Shown in pieces: positions 40,501 to 53,600 of a DNA stretch of 62,478 nucleotides. The notes beneath the pieces are model-generated. The model was not told where the DNA came from, made no database searches, and was given only the letters and a program-made list of their open reading frames with translations. The position numbers and the translations under genes are program-made. Every line of letters starts with the position of its first letter. The stretch's first letter is position 1. This DNA is from Girardia tigrina (taxonomy: Eukaryota). The stretch covers positions 1-62,478 of the forward strand of contig MQRK01225273.1 of NCBI GenBank assembly GCA_001938485.1. Direction: 5' to 3'.

Positions 40501-43500
40501 GCTACACAATTCGCAAGAATTTCTAGACATCGCGTCAGTATTTGAATGTGTCTCATCTTTCCGATATTCTATTTTCAGGTCAAAACCACTAAGAAAATTT
40601 ATCCATGTTTGAAACTGTGGTGTAATAGGGTTTTTCGTAGTCATCATAAAAGTGATAGCTTTATGATCCGTTCGTAACAAAAATCTTTTCCAATACAAAA
40701 AATGTTTAAAATGTTGAGTGAAATAATAAATTGCAAGTAGTTCTTTCCTTGTTATGCAATAACCAAGTTAATGTTTATTCATTTTATGTGATCCATATGC
40801 AATTACTCTTTCTCTTCCACACGTCTTTCTGTGATAGCACCGCTCCTATTGTATCAAAACTTGCATCTGTATCGAGTATAAAGTCTTTTGAAAAATTAAG
40901 GTATGCCAAAATTGGTGTCTTAATCATTCTTTCTTTTAATTTTTGAAAACCTTCATCACATTCTTTAGTCCAAATCAGTTTTCTATCATTGCTCTTACCA
41001 CATAAGCCTTCTAAAACCTTTGCATATCTAGCGTAATCCTTTATGAATTTCCTGTAGTAATTCGTCGAACTCAAAAAGCTTCGTAAATGTTTGATACATG
41101 ATGGGTTTTGAAATTTTCTAATTGCATCAATCTTTGTTTTATCTGTCTCAATACCTTCTTTACTTATGACATATCCTAAAAATTTCGTTTTTTTTCTACT
41201 AGGAATTGACATATCTCTGGGTTTATTCTCAAGCCGGATTCTTTAATTTTCTCAAATACGTTATGTATTTTTTGAAGATGTTCTTCTCTATCTTTTGCAA
41301 AAAAACAAAATATCATCCAAATATTTGACTGCTTCTTTCCAATTCAAATCTCCTAGCATCATTAATTCTTGAAAGGTAGCTGGAGCCCCTGTAATTCCAA
41401 AAGGCATTCTTTTAAAACAATATTGACCATTATTTGTTGAAAACGCAGTTTTAATCTTTAAATCTTCTTCTAATTCAACCTGATAATATGCATTTCCCAG
41501 ATCGATCGTACTAAAATATTTTGCTCCATTCAACGTGTTTAACATATCATCCACATTTGGCATGGGAAATGCCGGTCTTACCGTAATTTTATTCAACTGT
41601 CGAAAATCGACACATGCTCGGATGTCTTGTTTCTCTTTTTTCCATACACAGACAAAGAGAACTACACATTTCAATTATACCGTTTTCTTAAATATTTCTA
41701 ATGACATCATCTAGTTTCTCTTCAAACTATTGTGGTAGTCGATAATGCTTCACTAAGACTGGTTCTCCACGAGTTTCTATTTTGTGTTTCGTTAAGGAAA
41801 TTTTCCCAACATTCCACTTGTCAGCCATGAATATTGATTTATATTCTGTTAATAGTCTCATTAGTTGGTTGTCAACTTTGGTGTTATATATTTCTTTAAT
41901 TCTCTTTAGTCTGTCATAATCTGTTGGACAATCTCTAGTCATCCATATATCACCTGAATCTATAGTTTCCTTCTTTAGTTTTATTCCAAATTTGTCTAAA
42001 AAATCAACTCCTGCTATCATTTCTGGATGGAGTTCTTTGACTACATAAAACTCTATAATTTTTTGTACTTTTCAATTATTACTTTTAATTTAACAATTCC
42101 ATAATTTATAAGTTCTGAATCATTTGCATTATGAATGCGTTTACTCGTTTTCTTTATCTGAACATCTTTCATACTTTTAAGTATATCTGCTTTAACAACA
42201 TTTACTTTGGCACCGGTATCCAAAAGACATTCAACATTCATATTCTTTGTATTAAATTCAATGCTTGGTCTTCCANNNNNNNNNNNNNNTCTAATATTGA
42301 GCTTTGATATTTTCAACATTTCTTCCTGTTTCAACTTTTGCGATTTTGTCTTTATCTCCTTATCAAAACAGTATGTTTCAAATTCTTCTTTCCAACAATC
42401 TAATTCACAAACTTCAAGATGGTTATCTTCCAACACACAATGACACATACAGTCATACATACCATTACATACACAATCACATACACAATCACATACACAA
42501 ACATTTTTACTTTTTAGTAAAGCACACTGATCACCTCTCCTTGTGATCGTGCATCCTCTTTCCCTGGTCTTTGTCGTATACTTGTCTAATATCTGCAAAC
42601 AATCATTGCCACGAGTTTCCTTCATTTGATCGTGTTTTTTCATATTCATTGTAATCGTTGTCATCATGCATTTCTGCAATATCATATCTTCGATTTTGAT
42701 GCTTCTGTTGATGTTGTGGGTTATTTGTTCTTTGCCATTATTTTTTTCTGGCATCTTGGTCTCTTTCTTTGAATCTATTCTTGTTCATGTAGCATTGAGT
42801 CATGATATGACCATTTTTGTTATAATAAGAACACTTTATATTTGGACGGTTTCTTCTTATGTGTCCTTCTTCGTGGCATGCCCAGCATTTTACAACTTTT
42901 GAATAGTTATTTCTCGGTTTGTATTCATTATTTCTTTGATTAGTGTACCTATTTCGAAATTTCTTTGTTGGTTTCGTTCTTTATAGTGTTGGTTTACGTT
43001 TGCCTATCATTTTCCATTCATCATGTTTACCTACCGTATTGTATGCAGCAACTGTTTCTTTTTCCATTTTGCGTAGTTCATATATATTTGAAACTATATC
43101 TTATATGTCGTTTTTTTCTTATATGTCCTTTAGATAAGAGCAATAATCTATGGATTTTTCACTATTCTATGGGAAAGCAAATATCTATGGATAAAACATT
43201 AATAAGTGACCATTTTTATTTTCTACATAAATTACAAACATATTATTTAAACCATCAAACCGATAATCATTAAAGTAAATTTAATTTTGAATCCCGAACA
43301 GTATTATCCAATTAAATGTTAAAATAAATAAATAATTTATATAATTTAAATATTAAAGTTATAATAACTTCATATTATAATCAAATTAAAATAATTATAA
43401 TGATAATTTAATGATAAATAATATAATAATAAAGCTTTTTGTAGTTTATATTTATTTTTTTTAGTTTTCTACATCTTCATCACAATTTTTTTGTATGTCT

Positions 43501-46500
43501 ATAATTTAAATAATTGTAAACGTTCTGAATAAAGATTCTGTGGTAGATGAAATTTGTTTTGAAATACTGGAAATCCATAAGAGTGCAAAATGTTTCACAC
43601 AAAAATGTTCCAGAATATGTTCCAACATCGTCGAAAGATAAATAAAATAATACCAAAATCAGGTTATTTAAAAATTACTAGACCTTTTATTACATAGTAC
43701 ACAGAAAATTATAGTTTTTTTATATTTATAATTTATGTTAAAATAAAATAATTTTGTAAGAAATATCAAATACATAATTATAATTTTACGCTTGAAATGC
43801 CAATAGAAAAATAGATCTTCATGGTTTTAATAACAAATATAAATATATTTGTTCTATTTCTCAACAGATCTTTACGGATTTTATTACATTTTAATAATAT
43901 GAAAATAATATTTATTATTCATATAATCCGTCACATTCCAAATATAATTAATTCGTGATTCTGTTAATGGAAACTTATTTATTAAAATCATAATTTATAA
44001 ATTGCTGACAACGTGGGGAATGAAAAGGAAAATAATATTAATTTTTTTCATAAGTATTATTTATTATTATATTTTATTGAAAATTTAATTTTTACACAAT
44101 AATTATACTTAATGCATTAATATAAGTGATTGTTTTTTATAAATATAATATATTAAATTCAAATCTTACTAACTAGTAAATCAGAAAAAAATTTTATATC
44201 CATTCTTTATGCTGGTACAACTCTACTTGGTCAAGAAAATTGTTGAAGGAAAAATTACTATTACATTCAGTTTTTTTATTTTTACTTTTTTACGTAATAT
44301 AAACTATTTGCAAAATTTCTATCATTTGATTGGTCGGTTAATTCACACGCACAGGCACACACATTCCCTCACACTACAGAGACGTGCTATCCCTACTTTC
44401 TCTTACATATATCATCATCCTATATTATATAATTATATATATGTATATTATAACATATTATATAGAATTTATTTTACATATTATAGTCTAAATTTTAATT
44501 TTTTCTGATTTTAAATTATTTTTATGTAAATTACCACCAATATGTTTAACTAATTCTTCAATAGCTTGATAAATTTTATTACAAATTTTACACGTAAATC
44601 CATTTTGAAAATTTTCTGCCAATTTTTAACATTTCTTTTTATACAAATTTTATTTTTTTAAAAATTTTGGTTTGAAGGTGGTTTAAATTTTCTAATTTTA
44701 ATTTGACTTTTCTTTAGTGTTATTTACACAGATACAGTGATACACCATCTATGACTTCTAACAAGCGACCTGCCATATCTCTACTTAATTATTTTGCTAA
44801 AATCCCTGCCACTGTGGATTTTAGCTCTGCTACCAAACAAACTCAAGTTTCAGTGACTTCCCTGAATGATCCTGTCAATTTTAATGACGTTTCTGTTGAA
44901 CCACCACCAAAGAAGCGGAAGCCTAAAAAATACCGTGATGAGCATTCATAGTTAACTACAGATAACTACTGTGTATTTTGTAAAGAATATCCCAAAAGGT
45001 TCTAACGGAACTTTTATCAGCCAACCCTTTACTAACTTAAAGAAGGCTGCAGGATGTTCTTCCAAAAACAATAAACTACTGAAACATGCCAAATCAGAGG
45101 CGCATCATAAAGCAAAATGCTTCCATATACCCAAAGAAGACTCTTGAGTTCATGTAGCTGTTTTCAATCAATTACTCATAGCAAGTGAATCAGTAATGCA
45201 AGAGAACCAAGATCGTCTAGTAGATTATTTAAAGATAGCATATTGACTGGTTAAAGAGGAAATACCCCACACCCCAAAGTATGGCAGACTGCTGAATCTG
45301 TGTACTGAGCTAGATGGAAGTGGGCGCATGAAGCAATGGCAGGAGCTCCGTCCTCAAAATGCTACTTATATGTCCCACAATATTCCTTGTGAGTTTCTTG
45401 TTGCTTTCAAAGAACACATGCAAGTATTTTTAAAAAATCAACTGAAACCATTCAATATTGGTGTGCCCTATCTGTCTGTCATGGCCAATGAGGCGACTGA
45501 TCTGCGAGGAAGAACTACTCTGTCAGTTTGTCTTCGTTATCTTGAACTTAATGGTGAGCCAAAATGTTTGCAGGAGTTGGAAAATACAGAGGTAACTACA
45601 ATAAAAGAAGGGATTCTGCTCGCATTGAGAAGTTTTTAAGTCCAACACCAGCATGTAAAGGGGCTGTTCTTTGATGGAGCCAGCAATATGTCGGGTAAGC
45701 ATAATAGAACACAATCACAAATGATCAAATACCACACTAAAGATGCAGTCTACGCCCATTGTCGAAGTCATTTGTTGCAGCTCGTGTGTGTCTATGCAGC
45801 ACATAAATACAGGGACATAAAGAACATGTTCTCTGTTCTTAATAGTCTTTGGCGGCTACTTTATAACTATCCAAAAAACAATCGTAAATTCAAGGCTGTA
45901 CAAGAGATCCTAGATGGCCCTCAAGTAGAACTCATACGAGAAGGAGACACAAGAGTGACATCACACTATCAATGTGTTTCAGCAACAACAAAATGTCTGT
46001 ATGCTATCATAGTTACTCTGCAAGAAATTCATGCCAACAGTGGTGATTTATCCTCAGAGGCTGGTGGCCTTCTACTGACATTTCAAACTCGCAAAGGAAT
46101 TATAATTCTACATGCCCTGAAAATAATTCTTCAGCCTCTCTCAATCTTGGTAAAGCAGCTTCAAACTGTGACAGCTATGCAGGAAATTGTTGCTACTGCA
46201 TGTTTAACTCTGACTGAAATAAGAGATAAACCTCTTTATGAAGATGATGTCACTTTCTTCATTCAATCGCATTAATTAGCACTTGTTGAAGACAACAATA
46301 CAGAGGAAGACAGATTGCGCACCAAAGTGATTAATCCATTTATTGAATGTTTACTTGACAGATATGGATTCCAGATATTTTGATAAGGTGATGGCCATGT
46401 GTACAGCTACATCTATCTTTGATCCACGCCAAAATTCTACAGATGTTCCAAATTCTCATGCCCAATAGCGAACAATTTGCAAGAGTCACCCATTCCTTTA

Positions 46501-49500
46501 AAATATTTTTGTGGATGTGATTGAAGAGTTTAACGTATTCCCAAATCACATAACCACTCTCCGAATGAAAGATAACGTGCCATCCTCTAGTGAAGTTCTT
46601 CGCTCTTTCGTCAACACCAGCGGGGCGCTAAGTGGCATCTTTCCACATCTTTCAATATTAGCTTCTATTAGGTTGTTCGATATGAAACGGGTCAAAATTA
46701 AAGTAAAATGTAAATCGATTTTTTTTAAATAATAACATTTTATTTTTAATCAAAANNNNNNNNNNNNNNNNNNNNNNNNNNNNNNNNNNNNNNNNNNNNN
46801 NNNNNNNNNNNNNNNNNNNNNNNNNNNNNNNNNNNNNNNNNNNNNNNNNNNNNNNNNNNNNNNNNNNNNNNNNNNNNNNNNNNNNNNNNNNNNNNNNNNN
46901 NNNNNNNNNNNNNNNNNNNNNNNNNNNNNNNNNNNNNNNNNNNNNNNNNNNNNNNNNNNNNNNNNNNNNNNNNNNNNNNNNNNNNNNNNNNNNNNNNNNN
47001 NNNNNNNNNNNNNNNNNNNNNNNNNNNNNNNNNNNNNNNNNNNNNNNNNNNNNNNNNNNNNNNNNNNNNNNNNNNNNNNNNNNNNNNNNNNNNNNNNNNN
47101 NNNNNNNNNNNNNNNNNNNNNNNNNNNNNNNNNNNNNNNNNNNNNNNNNNNNNNNNNNNNNNNNNNNNNNNNNNNNNNNNNNNNNNNNNNNNNNNNNNNN
47201 NNNNNNNNNNNNNNNNNNNNNNNNNNNNNNNNNNNNNNNNNNNNNNNNNNNNNNNNNNNNNNNNNNNNNNNNNNNNNNNNNNNNNNNNNNNNNNNNNNNN
47301 NNNNNNNNNNNNNNNNNNNNNNNNNNNNNNNNNNNNNNNNNNNNNNNNNNNNNNNNNNNNNNNNNNNNNNNNNNNNNNNNNNNNNNNNNNNNNNNNNNNN
47401 NNNNNNNNNNNNNNNNNNNNNNNNNNNNNNNNNNNNNNNNNNNNNNNNNNNNNNNNNNNNNNNNNNNNNNNNNNNNNNNNNNNNNNNNNNNNNNNNNNNN
47501 NNNNNNNNNNNNNNNNNNNNNNNNNNNNNNNNNNNNNNNNNNNNNNNNNNNNNNNNNNNNNNNNNNNNNNNNNNTATCTGTCAAGAAATACCTTATTTAT
47601 TTTCATACGATAGTTCAAAGTTAAGTTATACGCGATTGAAATGTAAGGTGTGAAGTTTGACCCGTTTCATATCGAACAACCTAATATTATTCTCCTGTGT
47701 CCTTTGGGTACACTTTCTATCGAGAGGTCCTTTAGTGCAATGAACAAAATCGAAATGAACCAACTCGACTTAGACAGCGACTTTCTCTCACAAATCTCGA
47801 AGTGTGTATGCTCATTTCCATCAAGGGAAAGGATATACTTACTGATGAGGAAGCATACGAAATTCTTCGTATTTTGCATAGACAAAAGGAGAGACGATTT
47901 CGTATCCCTTTTATGTGTTAATACTTTATTGTGCATTAGTTAATAATAAATCTTTTACCTTTGATGTTTGTGTTGACTTCCAGATTGTATATTAAGGTTA
48001 ATTATATAGTTGTAAAACCAGTACATTCAATCAATTAAAAAACAAGGATATTCTAACACCTAGAAAACGAGGTTCCCCCCCAAAACCGTTAGGTTGAAAG
48101 AAACAATGACTTAAACCTTACAAATACCCTCTGATAAATGTTAATACAGAAGCATTTTACATCGTCAATCTTTTGATTATAAAGTCCTCAAAGTAGTGTA
48201 TATTTTGTGAGAAATACTTTTCATATTATTTTATTTATTGTTACTTTTTTATCATATTTTGAATTTTCAATATTTAAGTTGTAAGAAAACACTTAATGAA
48301 AGATTTACAAATAATTCAGAGAATATCTCATTCTGCTAGTTACAAAGAGGATAATATTTCTCGGATTGAAGTGGATTCCACAAAGAAAAATGATTTGGAA
48401 CAAAAAAGACAAAGTAGAACTATTATGACATGCTCAAAGGAAGCGAGTAATCCGGTTATTCTGCGTGATTTAAATAATCATTCCATGGCCGCAACTGGAA
48501 ATAAAGTAGTTAGTTATACATATTTGTATATAGAATCTTGGATTTCATGGCAAAAAATTTAAATAATATTCAATAATTTTGGATCGAAATAAAGTTTTAA
48601 TGTTGTTTTAAATTTTCAATTTATTGTTAATGATTTTTGTATTTTTTTAATAAGAAATTCGTCGAAAAATTACTACCTGATAAGCACTATTATGTTAATG
48701 AACAAACAATCAGTGGAAATCTAAGATGCTTTAATAATGAGAAAGGCACAAATAAAAAAAATTCCTCCACTCCATATTCCTCTTGTAATTATCTTTTTTT
48801 AAGAGTACTGACGCAATTATTATTAAAACATTTACTATCATTAAAATTATAATCATTTCCGAGATGACTCTGAGAAGATTATTCACCGTTTGTTACAATT
48901 CTACATAGTATTATTTCTGGATTTTATAGTAATGATTATTCGAAAAAATTTCCTCATTTCTCAATAACATAAATAACATTATTAATTTTGTTGGGGTCTT
49001 GTGTAAAAAAAAGAAAGTTTTTATTAATTGTATATATAAATATATACCATACGGTTGTGTAAAATTGTGCCGTACGGCAGTCGGTGATAGCTCTGTAGTA
49101 GTTGGAATAACATTATTAAAAAAAACGAATTTAATTCTTATTTGAAGCTTGGGGCTCCTCTTTCGATCATTCCTGGGAATGAGAGATTATTACGTCTCAT
49201 TCCCCGGAATGGTGTCGAATTTTGGGGGCCNNNNNNNNNNNNNNNNNNNNNNNNNNNNNNNNNNNNNNNNNNNNNNNNNNNNNNNNNNNNNNNNNNNNNN
49301 NNNNNNTCCACTTTCGATCATTCCTGGGAATGAGGAACTACCGCCTCATTCCCGGATTGATATCGAGTTTGGGATCCCAAGTTTTGTTAAAATAAATATA
49401 AAATAAAAATATGTATTAAAAAAAATATATATATTTTAAAAAAAATTTAAAAAAAAATATAGACTCTTACTCGAGTGTTCAGGAGAAATGAAATGAATAT

Positions 49501-50612
49501 TTAGGGGAATATTCCCCTTTTAAAGCAAAAAAAAGAAGAAATGTCGACTGAGTCGACTGATTAATGAATGTCGGCCGTAATGGCCTGATTAGATTTTTAT
49601 CGGCCTAATGGCTTGTCAAAAACATACGGCCTAATAGACTGTCAAAAACATACGGCTTAATGGCCTAATTGATTTATTGGCCTTAATGACCTGATAATTT
49701 AAAAAAAATTAAATAAATATACTTATATATTATAATTAAAATATATATTTATATATATATTTATATTTGTTTAGCTCTAGTATAAATAGAGCAATAATTT
49801 TAAAAAAAAAGGACAAAAAAAAATAAAAAGCAAAAATTTTATATTACATTCCTGTATAGGATCCAAAATTATTTTCATATAATTTAAAAAGCTGTATAGC
49901 ACATTATATTCTCGCCTCCAATCATTCAAGAGTTGTACAATCCTTTGCTCAAGATTGTAATTGTATATTGAAATAAACGATTATTGAAAAAGCTTTGTTA
50001 TTTATTGGAGTCAAAGAGTTCATCGAGTTTAAACTTTGGGTTAGTTAATTGAGCGCCGAACACCAACCAAATCCTTCTGATTTTTGTGTTCAAAATCAAA
50101 TTCAAATTAAATACCCAACAATTTAATTTTAAAATTTTTAGGTATTCGCTATAAATTTAATCAATTTTGCATTTTAATCTTGAACAATATTTCATAATTG
50201 TAAAATTATTTCAAACCTCTAAAATATCTTTAATTAATACGTTAAAAATGTTCATTTAAATTTTTGAAAAAGATTACTTCTATTTTAAATTAATTCTAAC
50301 TTATTACATTTTAATTATTAAAGTTTATCAGATTATTAAATTTTCATTAATTTACCAAATGTAAATTCTGTTCGAACGATCAGTGATAGTATATACCAGT
50401 GTTGTCGTCGAGTCACTATTTTCTCGACTCGAGTCGAATCGAGTTGCCCTAAATATTTTTCGAGTCGAGTCGAGATTTAATTTTTTACGAGTCACGAGTC
50501 GAGTAGAGTCATCTTACATATTTTAAGGATGAGTCGAGTCTCTAAAACATTTTACAAGTAAAGGTTCGAGTCAAGTAAATCTTCAAATTTTACATTTCAC
50601 AAGTAAAGACAC

Positions 50613-50657
<45 letters not shown>

Positions 50658-53600
50658 ATATATATATATATATATTATTGAGTCTTGTGAACGCAAGTTT
50701 ATTATTTTGAAAATATAATTTGATTAAAGCTTTTTTATATAATTATTGGACATATTTCGATGTTTATATACATCATCAGCAATTTTAATACAATTTTAAT
50801 AGATACATGAACTTTAAAAGGTATATTACGAATTAAATATTATTATTTATTAAAGTATTATTGGGTAATAATGGCACAAATATTTTAATTAAAAATTTTG
50901 AGTATTGAAATTACCTTACTTTGCCCATTCTGAATGTTAATTGATGGGTTGAAGTGTCTTATTAGTAGAGATTCATAAAACTGTCGTTCGTAATGTGAAT
51001 CAAATCCCTTTGGTAGAACAGGAAACTCATCTTTTGAAACGGATGAGGTTCTATCCTTACAACATAACCAATGATCAAGAAACTTACTCGATTGACTCAT
51101 TTACGAGTGCTCGCTAATCCGGGTTTTGAGATGACGATTTGTCTCTCCGGTGTGGGCCTCCCATCTCTTTTGAATGGTATTGAGTCACTAGGCTCTTTAG
51201 AGGGTCCACCTAAACTAAAGAGTGCTAGCTAGCCACCGATAGGCCTCCTACGGGGACGGAGTGCTTCAGTCTCCGAAATTTCTTGGGCTTCCCTGTTGCA
51301 AATGACCAATCATGGATTGTGGTACCATGATTGAGCATCCCTTTGACTGTATTCGTGGACTTAGTACAGCCGCGAAAGGGACATTTGAACTTTCCCCTCG
51401 CATTTGGATCTGTGATCCTAAAAGACAAATGTGTATTTTTGGAATGAGTTGTTTGCTCCACCACCGTTGAAATAATCGGGGTGACTGTTGCTGACGGAAA
51501 GTCGGTCGTTTGGATGAGTGTGGGTTCTTTGTCTCTGTCTGGATTGTCGCTTCTTCTGTTGAATTGCGCTGATGATTCTGTCACATGTTCATTGATATTC
51601 TCCTTCTCCCCTATTCGATGATTTTTACGCAGATGCCTCGTAAACCATCCTTTCGTTTTGTAACATTTGCTGCATTTGGTACACTTAAACGGTTTTTCAT
51701 CTTGTGGGAGCTGAAGCGGAATGCTTACTGTGGATTCCGTGTGATCCCGCTTGAGATGTCTATTCAGCTCCTTTTGTTCGGCAAACTCCTTAAAGCAACC
51801 TTCTATCGTACATTGAAGGAGTTTATCTCTCTCATTGAGTAATTTCGGCAGATCGGCTCTTGTTCTGTTCTGCTTTCCTTCTCTTATTAAGGAGTTGATA
51901 TATTGCTCTCTTTTTATAGTGGGGTCTCTGTGGACAATGTGGTGTATGAAGTCTTCATACGTTGCACTATCTCCGAAGAGCTACTGTATATCCACTGTGA
52001 GGCATTCGGAGAGAGCTTGCTTCTTTCTCCCACTGATCTTCTTTCCTATTGAGATTGTTGCTTTCCACACACACCTCACAATGTTTGGTGTATCAGAGGC
52101 GTCCAACCTGCTATGATAGGTAAGTCTTCTGCTTGCAATGATATCCATGGGGAGTGGGAGTTCAATGTCGATAGTATCCATATGTATCCTCTCAGTCTTC
52201 TGCACTTTCATGATTGTGCGAGTGCACAAATTGTGAAAAGCAGCCAGCTTCTTGATTGTTTTGCTACCTGTTCGTCAACTCTCACAACTGTAGTATACTA
52301 CGGGAAGTATGCAAGAGCTGATAATCTTCTTCTTGTTCCCTAATGAGAGTTTGGAGCTCCTCAGAACCGGTTTGAGGTACCTGATCTTCGTGGTACCCTT
52401 TTGAATTCTTTCTCTTATCTCATCTTCAGCGGTTCCATTTGAGGAGATTGTGGAACCAAAATAGACGAATTTGGATGCCCACTCAATACCAGTCTCAAGT
52501 TGGTGTCCGGTGGTGAGAACTTTGGTATCTCCGTTTAGGTTCATAACTTTGGTCTTATTGATATTGATCTTTAGTCCTAAATCTACAAATGAGTCATTCA
52601 GTAGATTAAGGTTTCTGATAAGATTGTTCCCATCGGTGTCTATCAGGCAGAGATCGTCCGCGTAAGCCAGTCTGTTGATCTCAAGGCAGCTTCCATCTTT
52701 AGTAGTCATCTTTACTCCTCCTGAGAGACCATTCAATATCGCTTGTTTTAGGACTATATCGAAGACGATATTGAATAGGAGCGGACCTAAAACACAACCT
52801 TGTCTAACTCCTTTGTTCATATTGAAGGTTTTATCCCCTATTGAACCTTGAAACCCCTCATTGAAGGCTTTGATGACTTCAAGCATTCTCCCCCTTATCC
52901 CTAGTTTCATTAAACAGCTCCAGAGAGACTCCCGGGGGACACTGTCGAATGCTTTCTCCAGATCTATAAAGATTATAAAAATGTGGATATTTTTGTATTT
53001 TGCTTCTTCCTGTAGTTTTCTCAAGATGCTGATAGCTTGTTGCGTTCCTCTGCCTGTCCGGAATCCAAATTGCCATTCGTCCAGTGAGGTTTCAATTATC
53101 GGAGTAATACGATTAGCAATAAATCTCGCAAAGACTTTACCACCTACGTCTAGCAGGAAAATACCACTATAGTTATTGAAAAAAATTGATATTTTGGATG
53201 TTCACGATAAATAATTATTCGAGTATAATTTGAATTTTAAAGTACAACATAAGATATTTAAAAACATTAAAAATATTAAATCGTTTCAAATTTTCATATT
53301 AAAAATTAAATAAAATAAATAGTTTTAACTAAGTTTTGAATTAATTAAATGTTCTTTCATTACATAAAATAATTTTTAAATAAAATTAATATGTAAATAA
53401 AATTAATACTAAAACTACAAAATTTGAACTTTAAAAATAAAATCTGAAAATAATGAAAAATTTGTTCGAATAATTGTTTATTAACAAACATTAATAAAAA
53501 ATTATCAATTTAGAACGATGTCGAATGACGAGAGTTTTGCTGAGAGTTGTCCAAAAGACAATTCTGATTGTAATGAAAATAAAAGTTCGAAAACCCATGC

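Noticed and set aside
46658-47618. Long ORFs of 290-308 aa
   Set aside because: Artefacts of translating N runs.
47843-47866. CTGATGAG..CGAAA hammerhead-like string
   Set aside because: No credible stems I, II or III, and it lies in hAT transposase sequence; likely chance.
48279-48319. Upstream AG acceptors for exon 13 (48279, 48286)
   Set aside because: Phase-incompatible with exon 12; the TTCAG ending at 48319 fits phase 0.
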